Assembly: GCA_030704615.1 (NCBI GenBank)
Contig: CM060733.1
Coordinates: forward strand, 5,022,001 to 5,086,000
Direction of reading: 5' to 3'
DNA from: Takakia lepidozioides
Taxonomy: Eukaryota > Plantae > Bryophyta
Length of the DNA: 64,000 nt
Position numbers and translations under genes: made by a program. This document shows positions 23,723 through 35,134 of the stretch, in pieces; the stretch's first letter is position 1; every line of letters begins with the position of its first letter. The notes beneath the pieces are model-generated. The model was not told the DNA's origin. It made no database searches and saw only the letters and a program-made list of their open reading frames with translations.

Positions 23723-24802
23723 ATTTCGTTCGCCCGGGCATAGACATTGTTGGCAGTGAGAAGAAGGCAGGAAAGCAGTTCAGTGTTTCTAGCATGCATG
23801 TGGAGACGTCGTGTAGAAGTTAGGCTCAAACTTTTATCATGGCTAGATTTTGTTGACAGTATTCCAACACTTAACTCTCTGGGATTCTAGTCTATTTTGT
23901 GGAGCTTAAATCCCCAATGGTACTTCTTTCACTACACTAGTGGTATGTGTTCCTCTAGTCATGATTATAATCACTTGCACATCATTGTAATAGTGGTATA
24001 ATTTAAAACCGTGGGAGTAGCCAAATGCACACAATCGCCTACATTACCACTTGTTTAGTGGTATAAGTAGTCACATATATAATACTGTACTAGTGGTATG
24101 AATTCCTCCAGTGGTATTCCTAATCACTTACACACCACTCTGTTAGTAATCACTCCAATCCATAGTTCCCACTCAGAGAGACACCATGAATGACTCAAAT
24201 AGCTTACGCACCACTCTGTGGGTAATCCTTCCAATGACCTGTTGAGAGACATCATCCACTCACATAACCACTCTGTGAGTGATATTGTATATTCTCCGTT
24301 TTCATAGAATGACTCTATGAGTCATTTTGTGATCACTCAACAAGTGGTTTCGGAAGTCATTGAATTTCACTCCATCCATTTTGTAGCACTGACACACGAC
24401 ACGTGTCCATGCTGAGAGTGTCGCCACGTGTCGACACAATCTCCAATATCATCCACGGACCACCGGTTTACACGTCTCCACTACAAAACGGAAGTGGTTA
24501 CTTTACCACTATGACACGTCAGTTTACCACTGTGACACGTCATAAGTGGTTGGTTTACCTTAGTGACACGTCATTGACATGTCACAGTGGTTAATTTACC
24601 ACTGTGACACGTCAGCTAACAGGTGGACCCGGACGTGAGTGGTTCGAACCACTGTCCTTAACCACCAGTGCCACGTAATGTCTTTTACCACTCACTTGTC
24701 CTAATGGGTTCTTTATCACTCTGAGGCCAGAGTGGTTTAGTGTCTTTTACCACTCAAAATGAGTGGTTAACAGAGTGGTTATTCCGCGTTTTTCTTCTAG
24801 TG

Positions 24803-27800
24803 TGAATGATTGATGGACAACCCATTGAATTTCCATTCCCTGCGGTGGCATGGGGTTGGCCTTTCCAAGCATATCCAGCACCCTGATATGATATAGGTTC
24901 CGCTTGTCCAACGTTATTTCACCAGAGAATGCGAGGTTGCCAACATTGTCTGGTATGAACCCCAATCCTGTGGCCTCCATGTCATGAATTGCCAAAATCA
25001 GAGCCACTGTTACATGATTGCATTGATCCGATGCCATCCAGGCAGGGAGAGTGCAATTGTCCCTGGTCTCATCCAGTAGTGGGAGCATGAACTGAGGGAT
25101 CTGTGAGATGATTGTGTTCCAGGCTTTTGACCTTCTTTTCCCCACTATTCCAACAATGTCTTCCTCTTGAAGGAAATGTCCCTCAGATCTGGTGCTTGCA
25201 ATGTGCGTAAAACCTTGTCCCTCCCAGAAGGCCCATGTGGGGGTTTGCCTTAGCAAGGAATCGGAGTCCATGTTATAATTGAGAAATAGTGGTTGTCGCA
25301 GGCATTCCTGCAACATTGTAGGCATTTTCTAGAAAAGATTACCTCTGAGCGTGTGCCAGGCTCTCCAGATTGATTACCAAGGTTTGGAGCCTAACCCAAC
25401 ATTCGCGTTTCTGCCCTACACTATCCTTCTCAGCGAGAAAGCCCAAAGGGGGGAGGATGTGGGTGTAGCTCCCATGAGGTATGGTTAAATTAGCTTGCTC
25501 CATGGGCTGTTGTAGTGCTTGATCGTTCTAGGCACCCACTTTGCCAGTAAGGCCTTAATCTGTGATCCGGGGTCTATAATACCCAATCCCCCCTGGCTTT
25601 TCTTTTGGCACAACTGGTCCCAAGAGACAAGGGCTCATCTGATTGGAGTCGATGGGGTGGCTCCCCAAATAAAGTTACGTATGAGCGCTTTGATTTCCTT
25701 GACGAGCACTGGTCCTGGATCCCAGACTGTAGAATAGAACCAGGATGTCGATAGCAGCACTTGATTTGCCACCAAGGCCCTTCCCACGATGGATAGCATA
25801 ATAGAGCTCCAATATGCCAATTTTGCTTTGAGCTTTTGTATGACCCCTTTCATGATGGTTTGCAGTGTGAGTTTTAGCCCCATCTGGAGGCCCAACATCA
25901 TATGACTTTCACCCTCCCTGAGCCATTTTAATCCAATGTCATGACCCCATGGTTGGTAGTGAGCGGCAAGACCTCCATTCTGCAGTAGTGACAAAATTCC
26001 CACTGACTTGTTCCAATTGACCTTCAAGCCTGTTCCCAAGCAGAAAGTGTGAAGGGATTGCAGTGCTCTGTCAATGTTGCCTTTTGACGAGTTGTCGAGC
26101 AGCATGGTTGTGTCATCTACGTACATGGATATCTTGAGCATTTTGGGGCGGTAAGTTGGGAGGTGCAACCCAACAATGTCTGGCATGTGGTCCAGAAGGT
26201 GTCCGAGCGAGTTTGCAGCAATGAGGAAAAGGAAGGGTGCCAAGGGGCACCCTTGCCTCCCAGATCTTGAAATTGGGAAGGAACCAGAGATGACCCCATT
26301 GATCATCACTCTGCTTGAGGCTGAGTGAAGAAGGATGTGAACCCAGGTAAGGAAAGGCCCACCTAGCCCTATCTTTTCTAGAGCTTGAAGCAAGAATGTC
26401 CAATCGATGGAATCAAATGCCTTTTCGAAGTCCAACATAAGGAAGGCCAGTGGTTGATTGTTTACCTCAGCTCTGTGGAGTGCCTCATGAGCCAGCAATA
26501 TATTATCAAGGATCATCCTGTCTTGTAAAAACCTGTTTGATCCTGCCTGATGATGCTGGAGAGGAGAGGTTGCAACCTGAGAGCCAGTGCCTTGGCTATT
26601 ATCTTGTAGGTGGAGTTTAGGCGAGTGATCGGTCTATAGTTGGCCATGTTATCCCTTTCTCCTTTCTTAAAGATGACAGTAATGAGGCCTTCTGAGATCT
26701 GGGAGGGCATCAACTTTTTGTCGAGGATGTCATTGGCCATTAGGATGAATTCATCATCAATTGTGCTCCACAATGCCTTGAACAATTCTATGGGGAGCCC
26801 GTCTAACCCAGGTGATTTTATTGACGCCATTGACTGCACTGCCAAGCCCAGCTCTTCCACTGTAAAAGGAGAAGCCAACGCTGTTTTGACCCATTATGAT
26901 ACCAGGCATGGAATATGTTGTATGAGTGTAGCTCTAGCCTGGTCTTTTTCCTGTGAGGGTTGCTGTTGACAAAACAACCTCTGAAAATAATTTGCAGCAT
27001 GGATTTTGGGTTGTCAACCAGCAATCCTGAGGTTGGATCTTTCAGCGCAGGTACCAGCGTGGCGTTTCTCCTTTGAGCTGCTTTGACAAAGAAATACCTC
27101 GTCATTTTTTCCCCTTTCAATGACCAATTGACCCCCGCCTTGACTCTCATAAACTGTTCTTTTGTGTGCTGAAGTAGGGAGAGATTTCTTTTCGCCGTTT
27201 TGTAAGATAGCAGAGTTTGGGGGCCTTCACGCCCTGATTGTCGTTGAAACTGGCAAACCTTCAAGCACCTAATCAGTGCTTTCTGCCTCTGGGATTTTTC
27301 TTCCGCCTTCTTCCTTGATATTTGCTGACAAGCGATTCTGAGCATGGTGAGTTTTGCCAGGAAGCGCAAAGTGGGTGAAATGTGGGGCGACACTGCAGAG
27401 GACCACGTATTTTGAAGATCTTGGATGACCTATGGATCCTTGAGGATGGATGGGTTCAATTTAAAGAAGCCCCTCCCCCGCACCCTGGAGCCCGGTGCAT
27501 TGAGCTGTAGCTGAATTGCGGCGTGATCAAACCCTGGCTGAATCGGCTCAATTTGAATTCTCTTGGACCAGCCAATGAGGGAGGTTGTGCAGTAAAACCT
27601 GTCCAGGCGGGCCTGGCATAAATTTGGTGGCACCCTGTTATTGGACCAGGTGAACTTAAGCTCCCCAATACTAGGGGCGGTTGCATCCAACAAACCAACA
27701 GTCAAACAGAGAGAGTCCCATGCATCTGTTTCTGCAGGTGAGAGACCGTGAGCAGACTGACCATCTACTTCATGCTCTACCATATTAAAATCGCCCCCCA

Positions 27801-27990
27801 CAATCCAGTGCTGGATTAGTGGGTGCTGAAGCATTTTGTCCTTGATTTGATTCAGAGAAGCACTCTTTCATCCTCCTCATTAGGGGCATAGATGTTCAAA
27901 AGACCCACACTGCCCAGAGATTGACCCATGTTCTAAACCAGAAATTGGACACGACCTTGGACCCAAACATCATTAGAAAGGACAGACTGT
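24803..27990 (-). mobile_element. L1-clade LINE ORF2 (APE-RT), degenerate; 5' continuation of 14586-15922
   Basis: LLNIYAPN, WIVGGDFN, ARLDRFY, KSPGLDGLP, NYRPIT.LN, DQTGF, LDFEKAFDSIDW, RQGCPLAPFLF, YVDDT, LKVNWNKS. Confidence 0.92.
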
Positions 27991-27991
27991 G

Positions 27992-30900
27992 TCAGGTAGA
28001 GGCGGAAGATGAGATGATGCGGAGCTAGCCACATCAGCCCGATGCAAAATAGATATGGCTTGTTTTCTCTACAAAGTAACTGAAACACGTTGTCGATAGT
28101 AGGCGACAAGGACGGAGGCATGTGGGATGCCAGTGGACCCGCTCTTGGCTGCATGATGTGCACATGTCTGCAAGAAATCGTCGAAGTGCCGGTGCAATGA
28201 ACCAAATATCTCGACCCCCACTGGAAGAAATGTGTCGGTGGGGTGACGATCGTTGTAGTCGCGCTCCTTGGCCTGGGCTGCTATAATGGTTGTCGTGCCT
28301 GTTGTGGTAGCTGTGAGATAGCAGATTCGCTCGAGTGGGCTCGGCGAGAACGACATCTGCTAGGGTACGCAAACCATCTCTAGATAGGACGATGTCAACA
28401 CGGCGCCGTATAGAGTGGGACGTGAGCGTGGGTCGTAGATGTGGTTGCTCACGCAGTACATGATACCCTGCCTCCCGAGCAATAGATGTCACCGCATCGC
28501 GAACCATATCATGAGACGCAGTGCGCTCACCACCACATGGACAACGGAGGAGATGGATGACAAGGTCATCGATGGGCTAAAGACAGACGCAGCGCTGAAG
28601 GCCCAATGCCGAAGGATGAGGCAAACCGAGTCGCGTAGTAATGAAAATAGGGGATGAGAGGCGAAAGGTTGCGATAGTGGGTCGTGCTACCAACCATCCC
28701 CCTGCTCCGGGTCTTGCGCATGATAGAAGTTGGGCTCGATGCAACTCAGAAGAAGCACTTGAGAGCATGTCGGAAAATGAATGACGGTGCACGCGCTCGA
28801 AAATGGACTCCTGAAGATGGTCGAGGCCTTGAGCAACCAACTGCTCAAATGGTGGTAGACATGCTCGCGCCGGTGCCGGAAGAAGATCTCGTGCAGAGCA
28901 GAGATACTCACTACAGCAAATGCGGGGGGTTTGCGACACCAGCCGCGCCCCCACGCCCCGCGCGGCGCTGACCCTGCGACGCCGAGCCTGCGGCGTTTGT
29001 TTGCGACGCCTCGGCGTCACAATCCCCCGTTGCGACACCATTACGACGCCCAGCCGTCGTAAGGTGGCATGAAGGGGGAAAAATGGCCCTCGCTTCGACG
29101 GTTTTTTTTTCTTGCGACGCCCCGGCGTCGGAAATCCTATATATATATATTTTGGACGTTGCGACACCTCGGCGTCGCAAAAGCGTCACTACGGGCGCCC
29201 CAGCGCCTCTGCGACGCCAGGGCGTCACAACAGCATCACCATAGTGAGAGTTTGTTTTTTTTTTTTTTTTTTTTTTTGACTTTGCGGCGGGGGCGCCCCG
29301 CGCTGGGACGCCCCGCGCTGGGACGCCCAACGTTGCGACGCCAAGGGTCGTAATGGCGTCGCCACATGGGGTCGCAATGGTGTTGTTGTCAGCTTAGGTC
29401 ATCACAAGGACGTCGCTTAGGGCGTCTGGCGGTGGGGGGTGCAACAATGGCGACGATGCTGGGGCTGGGCACTAAGGCTGTGGAGGTTGCAACTCCCCGA
29501 CGTCACAAGAGAGACCCCTTTAGAAGGAACTTGAAGGCTCTTGAAGGAAATCTTTATATGTGTATATATATATTTAGATTGTTTTTGTGATACATAGATG
29601 TAACATAGGTGTGTTGGTTAGTTTGTAGTGTCTTAGAAATGTTATAATGTGGAGGTCTTAGGTTCAAGTATGCATTGCATTGCATGATGTATGTAGAACA
29701 ATGAATATATCGCCATTAGAGAGAACCGGAGTCAATGGTCAACGCCGGAGTCAATGGTCAATAAGTTTTTGAAATTCAAGTTTCAAATTCAAATTTTCCC
29801 GCCTAAATTCAAATGTACCCCCTTAAATTGTGACGTTCGGGGGTCGCAAAGTGCGACCCCAGGACGGTACTAATTCTGCATTGCAGAGAAGGTTTTTTTG
29901 TTTTTTTTGTTTTTTTTTCCTTTCTTTGACGCCCGGGCATTGCAAATCGCGGTTTCGCCTATTTGCGACCCCCATTGGTCGCAAATTTGTGACGTTTTTT
30001 TGGCGACGCCCTTGCGACGCCCGGACGTCGCAAATTTGAGTTTTTCCCCCTGCCTGAAAAGGGCTGTTTTACGACGCCGCGGCGTGGCTGCGGCGTCGCA
30101 AACCCCCCCCTTTTCCTGTAGTGGCTGCTGGAAGGGTAAAATGCCACTGTCGACATGTGTTATGGCGTCCATAAGGATGGGACGATGGTCATAGAGAAAT
30201 CGTGAAGCGAGGGTTGGCGCCACCAACGCCCAACTGCCGAGGAAAGCTGACGGGGCGGTAGTGACAGTGGACAAAAGACCCACACCGCCGGAAGAGACGG
30301 GCAGGGTGGCTTGCTGTCGTGGCAAAAGTCCCTGAGCATCCTCCAAAGCTCCTGGTCCTAACAATCTCCCGAAGGTAGTCATCATGGTAGTATCAAACCC
30401 AGATAAGAGGTGTAGGAAATCTGGGCTGGGTGGAACAATGCGCAAGAAATATGAGGGACGCTGAAGGAAACATTTGGTCAAGATTCCATATGCTACCTAT
30501 ACATCTCCGAGCCTAGGAAGGAGATCGGCGTGGGTGACATCCTGGTGGAGTGCATCTTCCAAGAATGACTTTGTGAACTAGGTGGTGCCAAAAGGGACTC
30601 CCAGGATTATGATGCCATTGGGCGAAGCAATGAAGTGAGCAGGGAGGACAAAATTTGCAGGGAGACCGGATGGAGACCACATCGCACATTTGCGAGGTTG
30701 CACTGAAAGGCCCACGGCAGAGAGTTGGGTGACAAAATGATGGTAAGCTGAAAGTACTTGTGAGGCAGGGCCTACAATGTGCGTGTCGTCTGCCACCGAC
30801 GGAAAAAGACAAGATGAGTGTACTTGTGCTGAAGCCGTCAGGGCGCGGACATGAACCATGACAAACAAAGGTCCTCCTAAAGGGTCGCTTTGGCGGGTCC

Positions 30901-32367
30901 CAACCTTGGACTAAATGATGGAGCACTCACCTAGGCGAGAATGATGACTGTAGTATAGGGGAGTGGTGGATGCATAGAATAATCGAACAAACGGAATGAG
31001 CTGGTGGAAATCTCCTCCGGCTGAACGGAGCTCCTGAAATATAGCTGCTCGTGACACAGTGTTGAAAGCGTTGGTGACGTCGACCTGGAGAACCACCAAA
31101 GGTGCGGAAAGAGGTGTCCGGAGAAGACATCTCGAAACTGAAGACAAAGTGAGCGGCTGACAAGGCAGTAAAGAACCTCTCCAACTGCGATAAGGCGGAT
31201 GCCAGTACCTGAGGGTTTGCTCATAGCCAACAATTTGGAGGCCCCAAGGAGACAGGCCACTAGGGCAGGGATACGGCCAGCAGCAATGAAAGAGCAAATC
31301 TGAAATAGCTGAGAGAAGCCGCTAGCAGAGTCCTGTGGAGAGAATCAGTCGCGTAAGTGCTCATACAGGAGACCGGAAGGACCTGCCGCTGCAAGATGGG
31401 GACTGCGCGTGAAGGCCTGAGTGAAGACCTCCCGATCTAGCTTGAGATCCTGGTCTGGATCGAAATCCTCGACAAAAAACGGCAGAATATCCTGAGCTGA
31501 TGGGTGAAGGGCTTCGAGGGCAGTGACAGTATCCGGTGATGGAGGCGCTGGTGAGGAAGGTGCTAAAGCCTTGGCCGCACGTGAGTATTCGCCAACGTGA
31601 AGTCGCCTGTGGGCCGATGAGGGTGGCTACGTGGAGGAAGCAGGAGGGGCGCGTGCCGTAAGGGCTAGTGCCCGTAATTGAAGCTCATCTTGCAGACTCT
31701 CCCAATCTCCAGATAAAAAACGGCGAAGACGGATGCGCGTCTCTCTGTGCCCTGACTGACCGTCATGAGGGGGCAAAACCAAACACTACTGAGGAAATAA
31801 CAAGAAAAGATACCATGCTGGTATATCATTAGGATCACGAGCCAGCCTGTTTAAGGGCAGACGGAGTGCCAGTTGGACCTCATGACGCAGTGCCACTGGA
31901 ATTCTTGTATAAAGACGAGGCCTTGGCAGTCATAGCTGAAATGCGCCCAAGACATCTAGCGCTGAAAGCCAATGCCATACAGAGGTAGGAGGTGGCGCGT
32001 GCAAGACACTGGGCTGAAATGGAGAAGTACCATTTGTGAGGGACTGATGAAGAGCCGCACGCGTGCGCTGGTGTCGCGCAAGCCCTCTGATGCGCGCAAA
32101 AAGACGACCGCAAGCTGGGCATGGGGTACGGTCTGATGGGAGAGGCGCCTGCTGTCGGGGTAAGAGTGATGGGGTCGCTAATGCAGGCTGCACAACTGGA
32201 GAAGAAGGCACGTAGAGAGGCTCATGACCAAGAGGAATTGGTCTTTTGAAAGCATCAAGTAGACTGTCATTGCACCTCTTTACACCCATTTCAGAAAGTG
32301 GTATGTAACCCTGAGAGCTGCCAACATCTTTAGGTTTGGGTTTAGGTCGAGGTTGAGAACTGGTCAC
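27992..32367 (-). mobile_element. CRE-like non-LTR retrotransposon with a restriction-like endonuclease, degenerate
   Basis: N-terminal CPACGRLF..LARHQ zinc finger; RT motifs IRLIAVGE, QVDVTNAFNTVSR, VADDTHIV, ILGVPFG; LPVSSGGVGL; CxC..H..C knuckle with HDMVRD; RRVDIV..LADV and AAQAKER..VEIFG RLE motifs. Boundaries are approximate. Confidence 0.85.
28909..30123. mobile_element. Non-autonomous CACTA element (1.2 kb) nested in the CRE-like element
   Basis: Imperfect TIR CACTACAG.AAA.G.GGGGGGTTTGCGAC; TSD ACT/GCT (1 mismatch); many GCGACGCC subterminal repeats; excision restores the frame ILPFQQYLCSARDLL. Confidence 0.88.
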
Positions 32368-32370
32368 GTA

Positions 32371-32466
32371 CTATGGAATGGGCCCGGTAGGGCCCGTTCC
32401 ACCTAGGAATCTGGCGAGCCTGCGTTCCGGTAGGGTGGAACGGGCACCACCGGACCTGTTCCAGAG
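32371..32466. mobile_element. 96-bp fold-back MITE-like element
   Basis: ~40-bp imperfect inverted arms (CTATGGAATGGGCCCGG... / ...CCGGACCTGTTCCAGAG) flanked by CGTA direct repeats. Confidence 0.6.
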
Positions 32467-33982
32467 CGTAACCGGTGTCCCCCACCTTTGATCAGCAATA
32501 ATACAAACGGCTACGATCGACTGTATATGGGCCGTCGATATGACACATATATGCGAAGATCTGACGGTCTACATTAGCAGCTTCGCGGTGACGCGTTATG
32601 ACAGAGGACCAGCCGATAACATTCAGGAAAAAACCTGAAAAAGTACCCTAATAAGACACCAAAACCGGTTACGATACCGGTGGGGATTCTTGCTCCGTGT
32701 TTGACATCACGGCTGTGTGATCAATACAATATTTCAGGATTAGGGCCCTGCCAACTGAAGGTGTGTCCTTGATTTAAGTGTTGGAATCAATGTCATGGGA
32801 GGTCGGTTAATGTTGCTGAAATAGGACCAAAATGTGAAAAAACAAGTTGCCAAAGGTGGCACAGTTGGATAGAAACAGAGAACATCCCATCAATGTGCTG
32901 GCAAGGTTTTTGTGAGGAATATTTTTTCTTTCGTGAGCAGCCAAGCACGAGAATGTGAAACTAGCTTGTGATGATGTCAATGCATGAAATATGCAGTCTG
33001 ATGAGCATGTATACTGGCGGTGTCTCACAAGCAATAATCCAATCAGCACTTAATGCTTATTAAGCTTTCTATTCAAGTTGATGCTTGCCCAGTCCATTGG
33101 CTCATTTCTCAAATAACTACTGAACTTTGTAAGGGCCCCATAGGCACACTGAATTCATCAATCATACTGCATCTCATGAAGGCATTGTGCTCTGAAGTGT
33201 GTGTACAAACTCAGATAAAGTGATTGAACTGAGTGTCAGTTTCGGTTCACAACTAGGACTGTTCAGCTCCCAACAGAACGAAGGCTTGAGGACCAGGGCC
33301 AGGACTAGGACCTCAAGATTTTGAAAGTTGGTGAACAGAGGTGCAGGGACTATGATCACGGTCGCCTCTGATGCAAATAAAATTGTATCAGAAATTGCAT
33401 AACTCTACTAGTCTGCAATAATGTCAAGGAGAGTTGATGTTACTTTATCCTGTGAGACATGCCAAGGATTCCAAGGGGAGCTGCTTCCACCAGGCACTTT
33501 GCAACCCACATTGGAATTGTAACAGTGCTTGCAGCCTTTTGGCAGTGGGGATGTTATTGGTTGATGGTATAGAAATCATTCCAAATTACCAGGTTGATTC
33601 CAGTTCTGCTGCTAATCCCACAATTTGGCCGCAGATCGGGCACTGCTATTAAAGGGCAACACCACTCTGAAGACCAGTATAATATAGTTGGATGGTGCTC
33701 ACATCCTAGTGATGTTTGTAGATAGGGCCTGCATGTAACTTTCAAGCAGTACCAGCTACTTTTCACTACTTATTACAAGCATTTTAGATGCTACATGTTC
33801 ACAATTGAAGTTCTCTTGGCTGACTAATGCAAACCAGCCTCAGCACAAGGACTACAACAACTATTCAACTCACTAAAAGCATACAATAAAGAATATAGCT
33901 CATACAGCTGAAAAGGTGGTGCTGGAGGAAGCAGGATCAAGCAAGAACAGGAAGACAACATGATTTTCTTTCTCTCTTGCAG

Positions 33983-34391
33983 ATGCTAAACGTTTGATAG
34001 GAAGGCGGTTTTCAGACCCTTCTGTCCAGAGTGATATTAAGCTATGGCCTGCTGGACCAGCTGAAAAGCCAATGATCACAGTGACCTACAAAGGAGAGGC
34101 TAAGCAGTTTGCCACGGAAGAAATTTATTCTATGGTTTTGATTAAAATGAAGGAGATAGCTGAGGCTTTCTTGGGCACCACTGCGAAGAACGCCGTTGTG
34201 AGAGTTCCCGCTTACTTCAACAATTCCCAAAGACAGGCCACGAAAAGGATGCCGGGGCCATATCTGGGCTGAATGCGATGAGAATAATCGCCCACGGCTG
34301 CCGCCATTGCTTATGGGCTGGACAATAAGGCGACCAGCGTTGGGGAGAAGAACGTGTTGATTTTTGATCTGGGAGGTGGTACTTTTGATGT
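33983..34391 (+). pseudogene. HSP70: Cytosolic HSP70 exon-2 fragment
   Basis: [76 protein letters not shown]; small deletions and a frameshift; preceded by polypyrimidine-TTGCAG acceptor. Confidence 0.92.
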
Positions 34392-35134
34392 TTGGCAAGA
34401 ATCTTCAGGCTATGTATAAGGTGGATTTCTTGTCATCTCCCTCTGTATCTGTTGTGTTTTATCTTGCAAAAATACAGTATGACTGGGTCCCACAGAAAAA
34501 CCAAATGCGGGAGGCCTACCTGCTACAGCGGGGACGGCCTGCTGCTTGCTGCGATGACCTGCTCGCTCCTGGCCCCGCGCTCCCTGCCATGCAAACACCC
34601 ACCCCACCCACACCGTGAACACACAAACAACCCTAAAAACAAAAAAAACAAACACGAAAGCAACAGGAAGAGATTGAGAGAGGAAAGAGAGGGAGGCAGA
34701 GAGAGGGAGAGAGAGGCACGGAGGGAAAAGGGGAGTGATCACAGATCATCCTCATCCTCAGGAGAGGACAGGTGCAGACCTCTGTTGCGCAAGATCACCC
34801 GATTTTTAGCACGTGACCGTGATTTAGCACCTGGGGAGAGGAGGGGAATAATGTAAGAACTTAATGGATGCGTGCGATCTCACGGTACTTTCGCCGGATT
34901 CCGGCAGCCTGGTCTCCTTCGAGCACGCCCCTCGCCATCTTTCCTACACACGTTGAAGAGCAAGATGTTCATGGATTGGTTGGGAGAGTGAAGGCGGTAA
35001 TTGTCTCTGGCTTTCTCTGCACACCCCCAGTAGAGAGTTTCATCTGCAGTGGTACAATGTATCCGATGCATTGGGGTTCATCTCTCTCCATACGTGGAGT
35101 CATGCGGTGGTTCGGAGAGTGAAGGGGTTTAGCG

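Larger units (their letters stand above)
15923..24802. mobile_element. CACTA (En/Spm) DNA transposon, non-autonomous, with captured cargo
   Basis: TIR CACTAGAAGAAAAACG(T/C)GGAATAACCAC at both ends; 3-bp TSD TGA (15920-15922 and 24803-24805); dense ACCACT/AGTGGT subterminal repeats; transposase remnants inside. Confidence 0.93.

Noticed and set aside
28911-30194. Arg/Lys-rich ORFs on both strands
   Set aside because: Artefacts of GC-rich CACTA subterminal repeats and T-runs
33200-33360. Weak similarity to the RTE-like LINE 3' region (~4750-4790)
   Set aside because: Match too short to set boundaries
34392-34856. 154-aa ORF with an RE-rich tract
   Set aside because: Produced by GA-rich low-complexity sequence; no domain
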